From Nitrospirota bacterium (GTDB lineage Bacteria; Nitrospirota; UBA9217), in the NCBI GenBank assembly GCA_020052615.1, contig JAGVOT010000122.1:1-32000 (forward strand): a DNA stretch of 32,000 nt, in the 5' to 3' direction. The position numbers were made by a program, and so were the translations under genes. Below the pieces are notes generated by a model, which did not search any database, was not told the origin of the DNA, and was given only the letters and a program-made list of their open reading frames with translations. This document shows, piece by piece, positions 12,088-19,723 of this stretch; position 1 is the stretch's first letter; the number at the start of each line of letters is the position of its first letter.

Positions 12088-13377
12088 CTGCTTGATGAAC
12101 TGCTTCAACTCAGCGTCGTTGGGAGCTATCTTGAGCGCCCTTTCCCATGTCTCGCGGGCCTTGTCCTTCTTCCCGATCGCGTAGTAGCCCGAGCCCAGGC
12201 GTTTCCAGGCGAGAATATTGTCGGGCTGAAGTTCGATGACGATCGTGCACTCCTGGATCGCAAGGTCGTATCTTCCTTCATAGATGTGGTTCAAGGCGGC
12301 AAAGAGGTACTGGTCGACGATGTTCATGTCGCCGACCGGCGCTTCCATGGTGCTCAGGATCGACACATACTTGAGCTCAAGAAAGCCTTTGACGGCGATG
12401 GTGAGCGAGGACGGGTTCAGCTGGAATGCGTACCAGGCTCCCGCCATCGAAGCCTTGCGGTTGCCGTCAGCGGCGATATAGTTGCTCATTGCTTTCCGCA
12501 TCATGTCGCCGGCCTGGCCCTTTTCATCGATCCTGAGCGCGACCTTGACGACATCGTCGAGGCGAGAGAGCATGGTCTTGACATCGATATCGGTCGGGTT
12601 GTCGGAGAGGATCTTGTTGTAATAGTCCCGCGCGATGATGTAGTCGCCCCGCTCGTAGGCCTGCCTCGCTTCGGCGTAAGTCGTTCCCATCTTCTCTTTC
12701 ACAGCGGATGCGATATAGCGCGATGCGGCTTCCTGCGACCCGTCGATCTCCAGGATCTTCCTCCATTCGGCAATGGCAAGATCGTATTTCTTTTCCTTCA
12801 TGTATGCATCTGCCTGGTCGTAATGCTTCTTGGTGCGCACATCGACGACGTTGCTCTTTGCATTGTTGTACAGACTGCGGGCCTTGCCGTCATAGGGCCG
12901 GACCACGAGGATCTTTTCCAGCTCGTTCAATGCCGACTTGTAGTCGCCATCCTTGATGAACTGCTCGGCGTGCTGGTACATCTCGTTGGTGGTCTTGTCG
13001 GTGATGAGGTTCTTGGTGATGTCGATCAGGTTCGCGAAGCGCCGGTCATCGGGGTTCATCTTCAGAAGCTTGTCCCAGACCTCGATCGCCGCCGCGTAAT
13101 TCTCGTTCTGAAAGGCCTCGGCGGCGTCCTTGCAGAAGGGCTCCATGACCTGCTGTCTGGCGATGGCCTGGTACCGGGAAGCTGTCTTGTCAAAGGGATC
13201 GATCGCCAGGATCTCGTTCAGGAGCGGGCCCGCCTGATCGAACTTGCCCTCTTTGAAAAGGACGACGACCTCTTTCTTGAGCTGTTCGATCCGTTCAAGC
13301 TGCTTCGGTGTGACAGCGTCCGCCCCGGTTGCGACGGCGAGAACGAGTATTGTGATAAGTGTAAGGAAGTTTTTCAC
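12079..13377 (-). CDS. Exported TPR-repeat protein
   Basis: 432 aa; signal peptide MKNFLTLITILVLAVATGADA; repeated helical units such as DGDYKSALNELEKILVVRPYDGKA, KKYDLAIAEWRKILEIDG, RGDYIIARDYYNKILSDNPTD, EGRYDLAIQECTIVIELQPDNILAWKRLGSGYYAIGKKDKARETWERALKIAP. ATGA overlap with the upstream gene. Confidence 0.85.
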   Translation of the reverse strand: MKNFLTLITILVLAVATGADAVTPKQLERIEQLKKEVVVLFKEGKFDQAGPLLNEILAIDPFDKTASRYQAIARQQVMEPFCKDAAEAFQNENYAAAIEVWDKLLKMNPDDRRFANLIDITKNLITDKTTNEMYQHAEQFIKDGDYKSALNELEKILVVRPYDGKARSLYNNAKSNVVDVRTKKHYDQADAYMKEKKYDLAIAEWRKILEIDGSQEAASRYIASAVKEKMGTTYAEARQAYERGDYIIARDYYNKILSDNPTDIDVKTMLSRLDDVVKVALRIDEKGQAGDMMRKAMSNYIAADGNRKASMAGAWYAFQLNPSSLTIAVKGFLELKYVSILSTMEAPVGDMNIVDQYLFAALNHIYEGRYDLAIQECTIVIELQPDNILAWKRLGSGYYAIGKKDKARETWERALKIAPNDAELKQFIKQIK

Positions 13378-14039
13378 CCGTTTGCCCCTCTGACGATGGT
13401 GATTTCGATGCGCCGGTTCTTTGCCCGCTCTGCGTCGGTCTCGTTCGACGCAGCAGGCCTGAACTCTCCGAGCCCATGGGCGACAAGCCGCTCAGGGGCA
13501 ATGCCCTTGTTGATGAAATAGTAAATGACGCTGAAGGCCCTCGCAGACGACAGTTCCCAGTTTGAATCATACTGAGCGGTGTGTATGGGTATATTGTCCG
13601 TATGCCCTTCGGCGATGACCCTGTTGCTCATGGGTTTCAGCTGTCCGTGCAGATGTTCCAGAAAGGCCCCGATCCCCGGTTTCAGCTCGGCGCTGCCGCT
13701 GTCGAAGAGCGCAAAGCTCTCCATCTTGATCTTGATGTGGTGCGGGGTGATGACGAGCTGGATATTGTCGGTCATCCTGTTCTTTTCGATGAAGTCCCGG
13801 ATGTTCTGCGCCAGCGCGATCTCCTGTTTCATCTGCTTCACCCGCGGATCGTTCGGATTCGTCTCGGCAAGGTCGGAGAGCGCGGTCTCGTATTCCACGG
13901 AACCGGAATAGGAAAAGGCGTAGAACATGATGAAGAGGATGACCAGCGTGAGCATGAGGGTGCTGTAGGGCAGCATCCACAGCTCGGTCTCTTCCAGGTG
14001 CTCTTCGGTGTATTGTACGAACTTCCGGAGTACCGACAT
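13374..14039 (-). CDS. MotB/OmpA-like membrane protein lacking the canonical channel Asp
   Basis: N-terminal TM helix WMLPYSTLMLTLVILFIMFYAFS; OmpA-like domain FALFDSGSAELKPG...AEGHTDNIP...NWELSSARAFSVIYYF...KNRRIEITIV. Confidence 0.88.
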   Translation of the reverse strand: MSVLRKFVQYTEEHLEETELWMLPYSTLMLTLVILFIMFYAFSYSGSVEYETALSDLAETNPNDPRVKQMKQEIALAQNIRDFIEKNRMTDNIQLVITPHHIKIKMESFALFDSGSAELKPGIGAFLEHLHGQLKPMSNRVIAEGHTDNIPIHTAQYDSNWELSSARAFSVIYYFINKGIAPERLVAHGLGEFRPAASNETDAERAKNRRIEITIVRGANG

Positions 14040-14716
14040 TACAGCGTGCTCCTCGCCTGGCGGACCAGGGTGATTTCGATGCGCCGGTTCCGGGCCCGAT
14101 TCACGTCCGAGTCGTTGGGATATGCCGGGTGGAACTCACCGTACCCTGCTGCCACGAGCTGCCCGGGGTCCATGCCGGAGGCGGTGAAAAAATTGACGAC
14201 GCCGACAGCCCGTGCGATGGACAGTTCCCAGTTGGAACGGTACGCGCCTCCGCGGACCGGGATCGCGTCCGTGTGGCCTTCGATGATGATGTCGTTGGGG
14301 AACGCCTCGATCAATCCAACGAGGCTTTCCAGGACATTGACCGTGCCGGGATTGAGCCTGGCGCTTCCGATGGAAAAGAACGTTTCGGGATTCAGGGCGA
14401 TCTTGACGGTCTTGTCCGTTACCGCGATGGTCGCCTTCCCGGAAAGTTGCCCATCCGAGGCCGCCTGCTCGATGCGCTTGATCGCCGCTTCTTCCCTTGC
14501 CATCTTCGCCTGGCGCTCCAGTTCGGCCTGCTCCCGCGCCGATTGGTTGACCACCGTGCTTTCCATGCCGGCGACCACCATCTGCTTTTCCACGGCGGTC
14601 ATGCGCGTCATGGAGAACAGCATAAGGAAGAACAGCATGAGGTTGGTCGTAATATCGGAAAAGATGATCAGCCAGATATTGCCGAACTCTTTCCTTTTTT
14701 CAGTCTGTGCATGCAT
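14039..14716 (-). CDS. MotB/OmpA-like membrane protein retaining the channel Asp
   Basis: N-terminal TM helix WLIIFSDITTNLMLFFLMLFSM with Asp21 in the MotB position; OmpA-like domain FFSIGSARLNPG...IEGHTDAIPVRGG...SNWELSIARAVGVV...RNRRIEITLV. Confidence 0.9.
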   Translation of the reverse strand: MHAQTEKRKEFGNIWLIIFSDITTNLMLFFLMLFSMTRMTAVEKQMVVAGMESTVVNQSAREQAELERQAKMAREEAAIKRIEQAASDGQLSGKATIAVTDKTVKIALNPETFFSIGSARLNPGTVNVLESLVGLIEAFPNDIIIEGHTDAIPVRGGAYRSNWELSIARAVGVVNFFTASGMDPGQLVAAGYGEFHPAYPNDSDVNRARNRRIEITLVRQARSTL

Positions 14717-14748
14717 GCCCGTGTCCGATCCCGTGTAGCTTCTTCCGG

Positions 14749-15519
14749 CTACTTCTGCCGAATATGCGCCATGATGAAAGCGGTCAGTTTCTTCCTCAGG
14801 ATGAGGGGGACGTCGCCCTGCTGGATCGACATGACGCCTTCAGCGATCATCTCCTTGCTGATGATGTCCCGCTCGCTGTGGTCGGTGAGCTTCGTCGCGA
14901 TCGGGATGAAGACGTTCGCCGAGAAGATCCCGTAAAAGGTCGCCGTGACGGCATTGGACATCGCGGCGCCCATGCTGGCGGGATTGGAAAGGTTCCTCAG
15001 CATTTCCACAATGCCCATGAGCGTGCCGAGAAGTCCGAAGATGGGGGCGACCGTGGCCATGGTCCGGAAGGCCCCTGAGACCTTTTGCTGATTGTGGCGG
15101 GTATAGAATATCTCGCGGCCGAGATTGTCCTTGATGACGTCGTGTTCAAGACCGTCAACGAGCATCTGGACGCCATGGACAAGGAATTTGTCCTCCATTT
15201 TCGGTATCTCGGCGGAAAGGGTCTCGATGCCGTCACGACGCGCCTTTTCGGCAAGCGAGGCAAGGTAATCGATCTTGTCCTCCATGTCCTTGTCGGAGTG
15301 CTTGCTGGGGAACAGCATGATGCGCAGGGACGGAATGATCTCCCGCACGACCGACCAGGGATAGGCTATCAGGGTAGCGCTGAACGTGCCGCCGTAGACA
15401 ATGACGAGCGCCAGGGGATTGAACAGCATGTGCAGGATGTTGCCTACCGCCAGAACATACAGGATCGTCAGCAGGATCGCGACGAGCCCGACAATTGTCA
15501 TTTTATCCATTTTTTCCAT
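14749..15519 (-). CDS. MotA-family stator-like proton channel protein
   Basis: MEKMDKMTIVGLVAILLTILYVLAVG..NPLALVIVYGGTFSATLIAYP; cytoplasmic EKARRDGIETLSAEI; VAPIFGLLGTLMGIVEML; TATFYGIFSANVFIPIATKL. Start placed at ATG 15519. Confidence 0.9.
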   Translation of the reverse strand: MEKMDKMTIVGLVAILLTILYVLAVGNILHMLFNPLALVIVYGGTFSATLIAYPWSVVREIIPSLRIMLFPSKHSDKDMEDKIDYLASLAEKARRDGIETLSAEIPKMEDKFLVHGVQMLVDGLEHDVIKDNLGREIFYTRHNQQKVSGAFRTMATVAPIFGLLGTLMGIVEMLRNLSNPASMGAAMSNAVTATFYGIFSANVFIPIATKLTDHSERDIISKEMIAEGVMSIQQGDVPLILRKKLTAFIMAHIRQK

Positions 15520-15520
15520 G

Positions 15521-16942
15521 TTAGTTGTTTTCAACCTCCACAAGGCCTTCGTTGATCAGGCGGCGTACCACGACCATCAGGTTCTGTTTCTCCCGCCGGA
15601 GACGTGTTGCTGAGAGGGGACGGCTGAATTCCATCTCCTGCTTGAGCCGCTCGGCGGCACCGGCGCTCAAGGATGAGAGGACCTTCTGCTGGATGTCCTC
15701 GGAAGAGGTCTTCAGGATCTGGGCGAAGAGCGCGGCCTCGACGTTCCGGGTGAGCGTCTGGATGCCCTGTGCCGGAAGGTCGCGGATGATGTTCTCCAGG
15801 CTCCTGATGCGCTGCTTCAGGCGCGCGGCGGTGGGGGCGTCCTTCGCCTCGAGCGTCTTGACGATCTTCTCGCGGACCTCCTCGTTGGTCATATCGAGCA
15901 GCGTGACCAGCTTGTTTTCGCCGCCCACGACGTAGGTGAGCTTGTTCTTGACCATCTCTTCGAGGGCGGTAACCTTCTCGACGCTGATCTCTTCCTTGCC
16001 GAGGGATATCGCGACCTCGACCTGCTTCTCCTTCGGGAAAAGCTCGAGGAACCGCATGGCAAGGACGGGGTCAAGGTAGTTTGTCACGATCGCAATGTCC
16101 TGCGCCGCCTTGTCCTTCAGGAGGAACGCGAGGCCAGGGAGGTCGCGCTCGCGAACGAAGGAGAAGGGAAGCCCCGCTTCCTGCGCGGAGACGGCTGCGG
16201 CGGCCGCAACCGCGCTGCCTGCCATGACCTCCCGCTCATAGGTCGAGGTATGCTCCACGTTGACGGTCTGTGCCGTAGCACCTCCGCCCCGGATGGCGCT
16301 CCAGTCGATCTCCTTGAGGGCCGGGATCACTTTCTTAAGCGGATCCATCAGGAACAGTCCGGCCATGACCATCATGAAGCCGCCAACGATGGTCAGGATC
16401 AGCCACAGGAAGTTCGGAAGTGCGAAGAGCGTTCGGAAAAAGCCCTTTGATTCGAAGTCAACTTTCTTTACGTTGATCTGGTCGCCCCGGGTCTGGCTGA
16501 ATCCGATCACGTTCTTCGCCATGTCCTCGATAAGTTCCACGATCGACCCCGGAACGCTGCTGTCGATCCAGATGGAAAGGGTGATCTTGTTGACCCGGTA
16601 CTTGCTGCTCCCGGCGCCGAACAACATCTCGGACTGCCCGGCGCCGAACTCCTTCTTTTGCGGAACGCCGGGGAGCACCAGCGCGTTCGTCTTCTTTTTT
16701 TCGAGAAGCTGGTCGCTGCCGCCTCGCGCGGACACCAGCTCGGCATTCACAAAGATGACGACCTTGTCCGTACCGGTTATTTCCTGGATGACCTGTTTGA
16801 GCTTGCGTTCAAGCTGGCTCTCCAGGGAGATCTTGAGAGCATAATCATCATTTACCTCGGCGTGCGACACCGGGACGGCCGTGAGAAGAATAAACATGAC
16901 GAGAAGAAGCAGGAGTGGACTGCGAGTGATTGTTCGAACCAT
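15521..16942 (-). CDS. Exported/membrane FliF(C-terminal)-FliG(M+C) fusion protein
   Basis: Signal peptide MVRTITRSPLLLLLVMFILLTAVPVSHA; FliF/YscJ C-terminal-like segment (LESQLERKLKQVIQEITGTDKVVIFVNAEL...LPGVPQKK...YRVNKITLSIWIDSS...IVELIEDMAKNVIGFSQTRGDQINVKKVDF); TM FLWLILTIVGGFMMVMAGLFLM; then FliG-like PFSFVRERDLPGLAFLLKDKAAQDIAIVTNYLDP...VGGENKLVTLLDM...IRSLENIIRDLPAQGIQTLTRNVEAALFAQILKTSSEDIQQKVLSSLSAGAAERLKQEME...VVVRRLINEGLVEV. Confidence 0.88.
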   Translation of the reverse strand: MVRTITRSPLLLLLVMFILLTAVPVSHAEVNDDYALKISLESQLERKLKQVIQEITGTDKVVIFVNAELVSARGGSDQLLEKKKTNALVLPGVPQKKEFGAGQSEMLFGAGSSKYRVNKITLSIWIDSSVPGSIVELIEDMAKNVIGFSQTRGDQINVKKVDFESKGFFRTLFALPNFLWLILTIVGGFMMVMAGLFLMDPLKKVIPALKEIDWSAIRGGGATAQTVNVEHTSTYEREVMAGSAVAAAAAVSAQEAGLPFSFVRERDLPGLAFLLKDKAAQDIAIVTNYLDPVLAMRFLELFPKEKQVEVAISLGKEEISVEKVTALEEMVKNKLTYVVGGENKLVTLLDMTNEEVREKIVKTLEAKDAPTAARLKQRIRSLENIIRDLPAQGIQTLTRNVEAALFAQILKTSSEDIQQKVLSSLSAGAAERLKQEMEFSRPLSATRLRREKQNLMVVVRRLINEGLVEVENN

Positions 16943-17232
16943 GTTTGTATCCCCTATTAAATTAATTATTGAAAATGGAACGATGTCGGCAAGGGCGATT
17001 GTCGATCAAGCGTCAATTTTGCAACCAGAATATCGATGCAATATATGTACCTGTAGTTTCACACTAATAATTGTTGGATGTGATATTCAAGTATGTGAAA
17101 AATAAGAATTAATTAAAAAATAATTTGCGCCTCTATGGGATTTAACAAATATTTAACCGAGCGAATGTGCTCACCCGGTGCTTGTTAGTGCTCTCTAATG
17201 TTTACGAGTAAGCGTCCCAAATTAGCACAGTG

Positions 17233-17259
17233 CAAGATTATTTGTAAAGTGGAATCTTG
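17233..17259. promoter_or_regulatory. Perfect 7-bp inverted repeat CAAGATT-N13-AATCTTG in the divergent AT-rich intergenic region
   Basis: Direct reading of 17233-17239 and 17253-17259; lies between the fliG-like start (16942) and the RCC1 gene start (17382). Confidence 0.35.
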
Positions 17260-17381
17260 TCTTTTATTTCGAGAGTGTGTATGATATTCCGTTCAGAGAT
17301 CATGTGTCGGCTGTTCTTTGGCCAGGATTTCGGTGCTCTGTATCGTAAAATCCACCGGCAAAGATCAGCGGGAAGGGACCT

Positions 17382-19022
17382 ATGAAAAAAATAGCGATGA
17401 TCGTTATGGGTTTGTTCATTCTGTTGACCGTCGGCGGCGCAAATGCAGCGACAAGCAGGAAGGCAACTCCCAAGGACAAGGCGCCGGCAGTCAAGGACAG
17501 GAGCGCGGCGGGTGCTCCCGCAAAAGCGGAGAAGACGTCTGTGCCTCTCAACGAGCGTTATACCGACAAGGGCGACGGCACGATCCTTGACAAGAACACC
17601 GGCCTGATCTGGCTCAAAGATGCCAATATCAGCAATCTGCCCCTGCCCGGCGAGGGCGCAAAGCAGTATCTTCAGGAAATGAACAGCGGAAAAAAACCGA
17701 ATTTCGGCTACTCCGATTGGCGCCTGCCGACCATCAATGAGATCGAGACGCTCGTGGAGAAATCCCGGTTCTATCCGGCGCTTCCGGTCGGCCACCCGTT
17801 CACGAATGTGCAGAACCATTTCTACTGGTCGTCGTCGACGGGGAAAGATGTTCTCGATTACGTATGGATCGTGGACCTGGCATCGGGCGAGATGACCATG
17901 GACTATGTTTCCTATTGCAGTTACAAGTTCCTCTGGCCGGTCAGGAGCAGCTGGATGCCGACGACCGCCAAGGCGAGCACCGTCATGACCGGCGGCCTGA
18001 ACGAATTCGGCCAGCTCGGCGACGGCTCCACGGGGGACCGGGACGCATTCCTGCCGGTAAGCGGCCTGGAGAACGTGGTCAAGGTCTCCGCGGGCCTTGA
18101 ACATGCCGTGGCGCTCAAGTCAGACGGGTCTGTTTGGACGTGGGGACGGAACAACCGGGGCCAGCTGGGGAACGGCACCGTCGAAGACAGCCGGGTGCCG
18201 GTCGCTGCCAAGGACCTCTGGAGGATCACCGATGTCGCGGCGGGCATGTTCCATACGCTCGCACTTGCGTCCGATGGAACGGTCTGGGCCTGGGGGCGTA
18301 ATTCCTACGGACAGCTCGGGAACGGATCCAACGAGGACAGCATAACACCGGTGCGGGTCAGCGGTCTGTCGGGCGTCGTGAAGATCTCCGCGGGGATGTA
18401 TCACTCGGTCGCGGTCAGGTCCGACGGATCGGTCCATGCCTGGGGCAGGAACGTGTACGGTCAGCTTGGCGACGGCTCGAACAAGGACCGGAACAGTGCA
18501 GGTCAGGTTTCCGGGATATCGGGAGCCGTGAACGTCACTGCGGGGCTTCATCATACGGTGGTCCTGAGATCCGATAAGACCGTCTGGGCATGGGGCTGGA
18601 ATATCAACGGCATGCTCGGTGACGGGACGGGAACCGATCAGTTCAAGCCGGTGCAGGTCAAGGGCCTTGCCGACATCGTGGACATCCAGGCGGGACTGCA
18701 TCACACCATTGCGCTCAGGTCCGATGGGAGCGTCTGGACATGGGGGGGGAACGAATACAGCCAGCTTGGCAACAAGTCGGCAAGCGGATCAACGGCGATC
18801 AAGATCGATGGCTTGGGGAACATCAAGAAGGTATCGGCGGGAATGTACCACTCCATCGCTGTGATGACGGACGGTACGATCTGGGTATGGGGCAAGGACC
18901 TGAAGAACCAGCCGTTGAAACCCTATCCCGTACGGATATGGGATGTTGCCGGGATAAACGATGTCGCTGCCGGACGGTTCTATACGGTCGTGTTGAGCGG
19001 CGGAAAATCTGCCGTGCAGTGA
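17382..19022 (+). CDS. Exported protein with N-terminal DUF1566-like domain fused to a 7-repeat RCC1-type beta-propeller
   Basis: Signal peptide MKKIAMIVMGLFILLTVGGANA; YTDKGDGTILDKNTGLIWLKDA...GYSDWRLPTINEIETLV...HFYWSSS..YVWIVDLASGEM...FLWPVR; seven units of the type VSAGxxHxVALxSDGSVWTWGxNxxGQLGxG. SD GGGAAGGGA upstream. Confidence 0.92.
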   Translation: MKKIAMIVMGLFILLTVGGANAATSRKATPKDKAPAVKDRSAAGAPAKAEKTSVPLNERYTDKGDGTILDKNTGLIWLKDANISNLPLPGEGAKQYLQEMNSGKKPNFGYSDWRLPTINEIETLVEKSRFYPALPVGHPFTNVQNHFYWSSSTGKDVLDYVWIVDLASGEMTMDYVSYCSYKFLWPVRSSWMPTTAKASTVMTGGLNEFGQLGDGSTGDRDAFLPVSGLENVVKVSAGLEHAVALKSDGSVWTWGRNNRGQLGNGTVEDSRVPVAAKDLWRITDVAAGMFHTLALASDGTVWAWGRNSYGQLGNGSNEDSITPVRVSGLSGVVKISAGMYHSVAVRSDGSVHAWGRNVYGQLGDGSNKDRNSAGQVSGISGAVNVTAGLHHTVVLRSDKTVWAWGWNINGMLGDGTGTDQFKPVQVKGLADIVDIQAGLHHTIALRSDGSVWTWGGNEYSQLGNKSASGSTAIKIDGLGNIKKVSAGMYHSIAVMTDGTIWVWGKDLKNQPLKPYPVRIWDVAGINDVAAGRFYTVVLSGGKSAVQ

Positions 19023-19033
19023 CCGAAAAAAGG

Positions 19034-19348
19034 CTATTTCTCCGCACCCTGTTTCGATTCGATCATGAATTCAAAGAGTGCCCTGCACTTTTTCAACCGC
19101 TGCAGGTAGATCTTTTTCGACGGATCATCGGATGCCTGTATTTCCGGCATCAGCTTGTCCGACCGCTCTATCAGGGAAGAAAGTTCCTTGATGCTCAACG
19201 TATCGGACCCCTGCGTTTTTGAACAGATATCGTTAAAAGAGTCCTTCCAGTTCCCGGCGGCCGAAGGCGTCGGGAACATTGCCAGTGTCAGCAGGAGCAT
19301 CACTGCCAGTCCAAGTATCATGTGTTCTGTCTTTATTTTATTTTTCAT
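19034..19348 (-). CDS. Small exported protein, function unknown
   Basis: 104 aa with signal peptide (MILGLAVMLLLTLAMFPTPSAA); convergent with the RCC1 gene with an 11-nt gap; fills the interval on the minus strand. Confidence 0.65.
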   Translation of the reverse strand: MKNKIKTEHMILGLAVMLLLTLAMFPTPSAAGNWKDSFNDICSKTQGSDTLSIKELSSLIERSDKLMPEIQASDDPSKKIYLQRLKKCRALFEFMIESKQGAEK

Positions 19349-19570
19349 GGCATATATTTAATCGAAAAATACATTTTCTGTCAAGAACTATATCTTTAAT
19401 TTTTCTTTTCGGTGTTCATGGTAAGGCCGCAGCTCTGCAAGAGACATATTTGACCGACCTGTCGCTTGAACCGGACATCAATTTCCCATAAGCATCTAAT
19501 GTTCGATTACCACGATAATTAGTTGTGGTGCTAAGAGCGCTTATGAACACTTTTTGAGCGTATATGCTCA

Positions 19571-19601
19571 TTGTTTTCGTAACGCACTTTTTTTATATAA
19601 T
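19571..19601 (+). promoter_or_regulatory. Weak candidate sigma-70-type promoter upstream of the 15-motif cytochrome
   Basis: Perfect TATAAT at 19596-19601; partial -35 TTGTTT at 19571-19576 with a long 19-nt spacer. Confidence 0.25.
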
Positions 19602-19723
19602 ATTAGTTCATAAAATCATGTAGTTATGCTTGATATCCCTATGTTGCAGGAGGCATGTTTATTGCAATTAAATGATAACTACCTGTTGTTATTTCACCTT
19701 GAACATCAAGGAGTTAAACGAAT

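Noticed and set aside
13374-15519. Zorya-type (ZorA/ZorB) anti-phage defence from the MotA/MotB-like pair
   Set aside because: No ZorC/ZorD/ZorE-like helicase or nuclease genes nearby, the MotA-like protein lacks a long ZorA tail, and the partner is a FliF/FliG fusion with cytochromes.
15521-16942. Ordinary flagellar basal-body gene cluster
   Set aside because: No FliM/FliN, export, rod, hook or filament genes in the window, and the FliF part is only the C-terminal segment fused to FliG.
17329-17352. Possible sigma-54 promoter TTGGCCAGGATTTCGGTGC upstream of the RCC1 gene
   Set aside because: Does not fit the GG-N10-GC spacing with TGGCAC/TTGC boxes.
19362-19723. c-di-GMP (GEMM-type) riboswitch in the cytochrome leader
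   Set aside because: Searched by eye for the conserved GEMM core and receptor motifs; none convincing. Only small hairpins (e.g. TGAGCG-tata-TGCTCA at 19555-19570) were visible.
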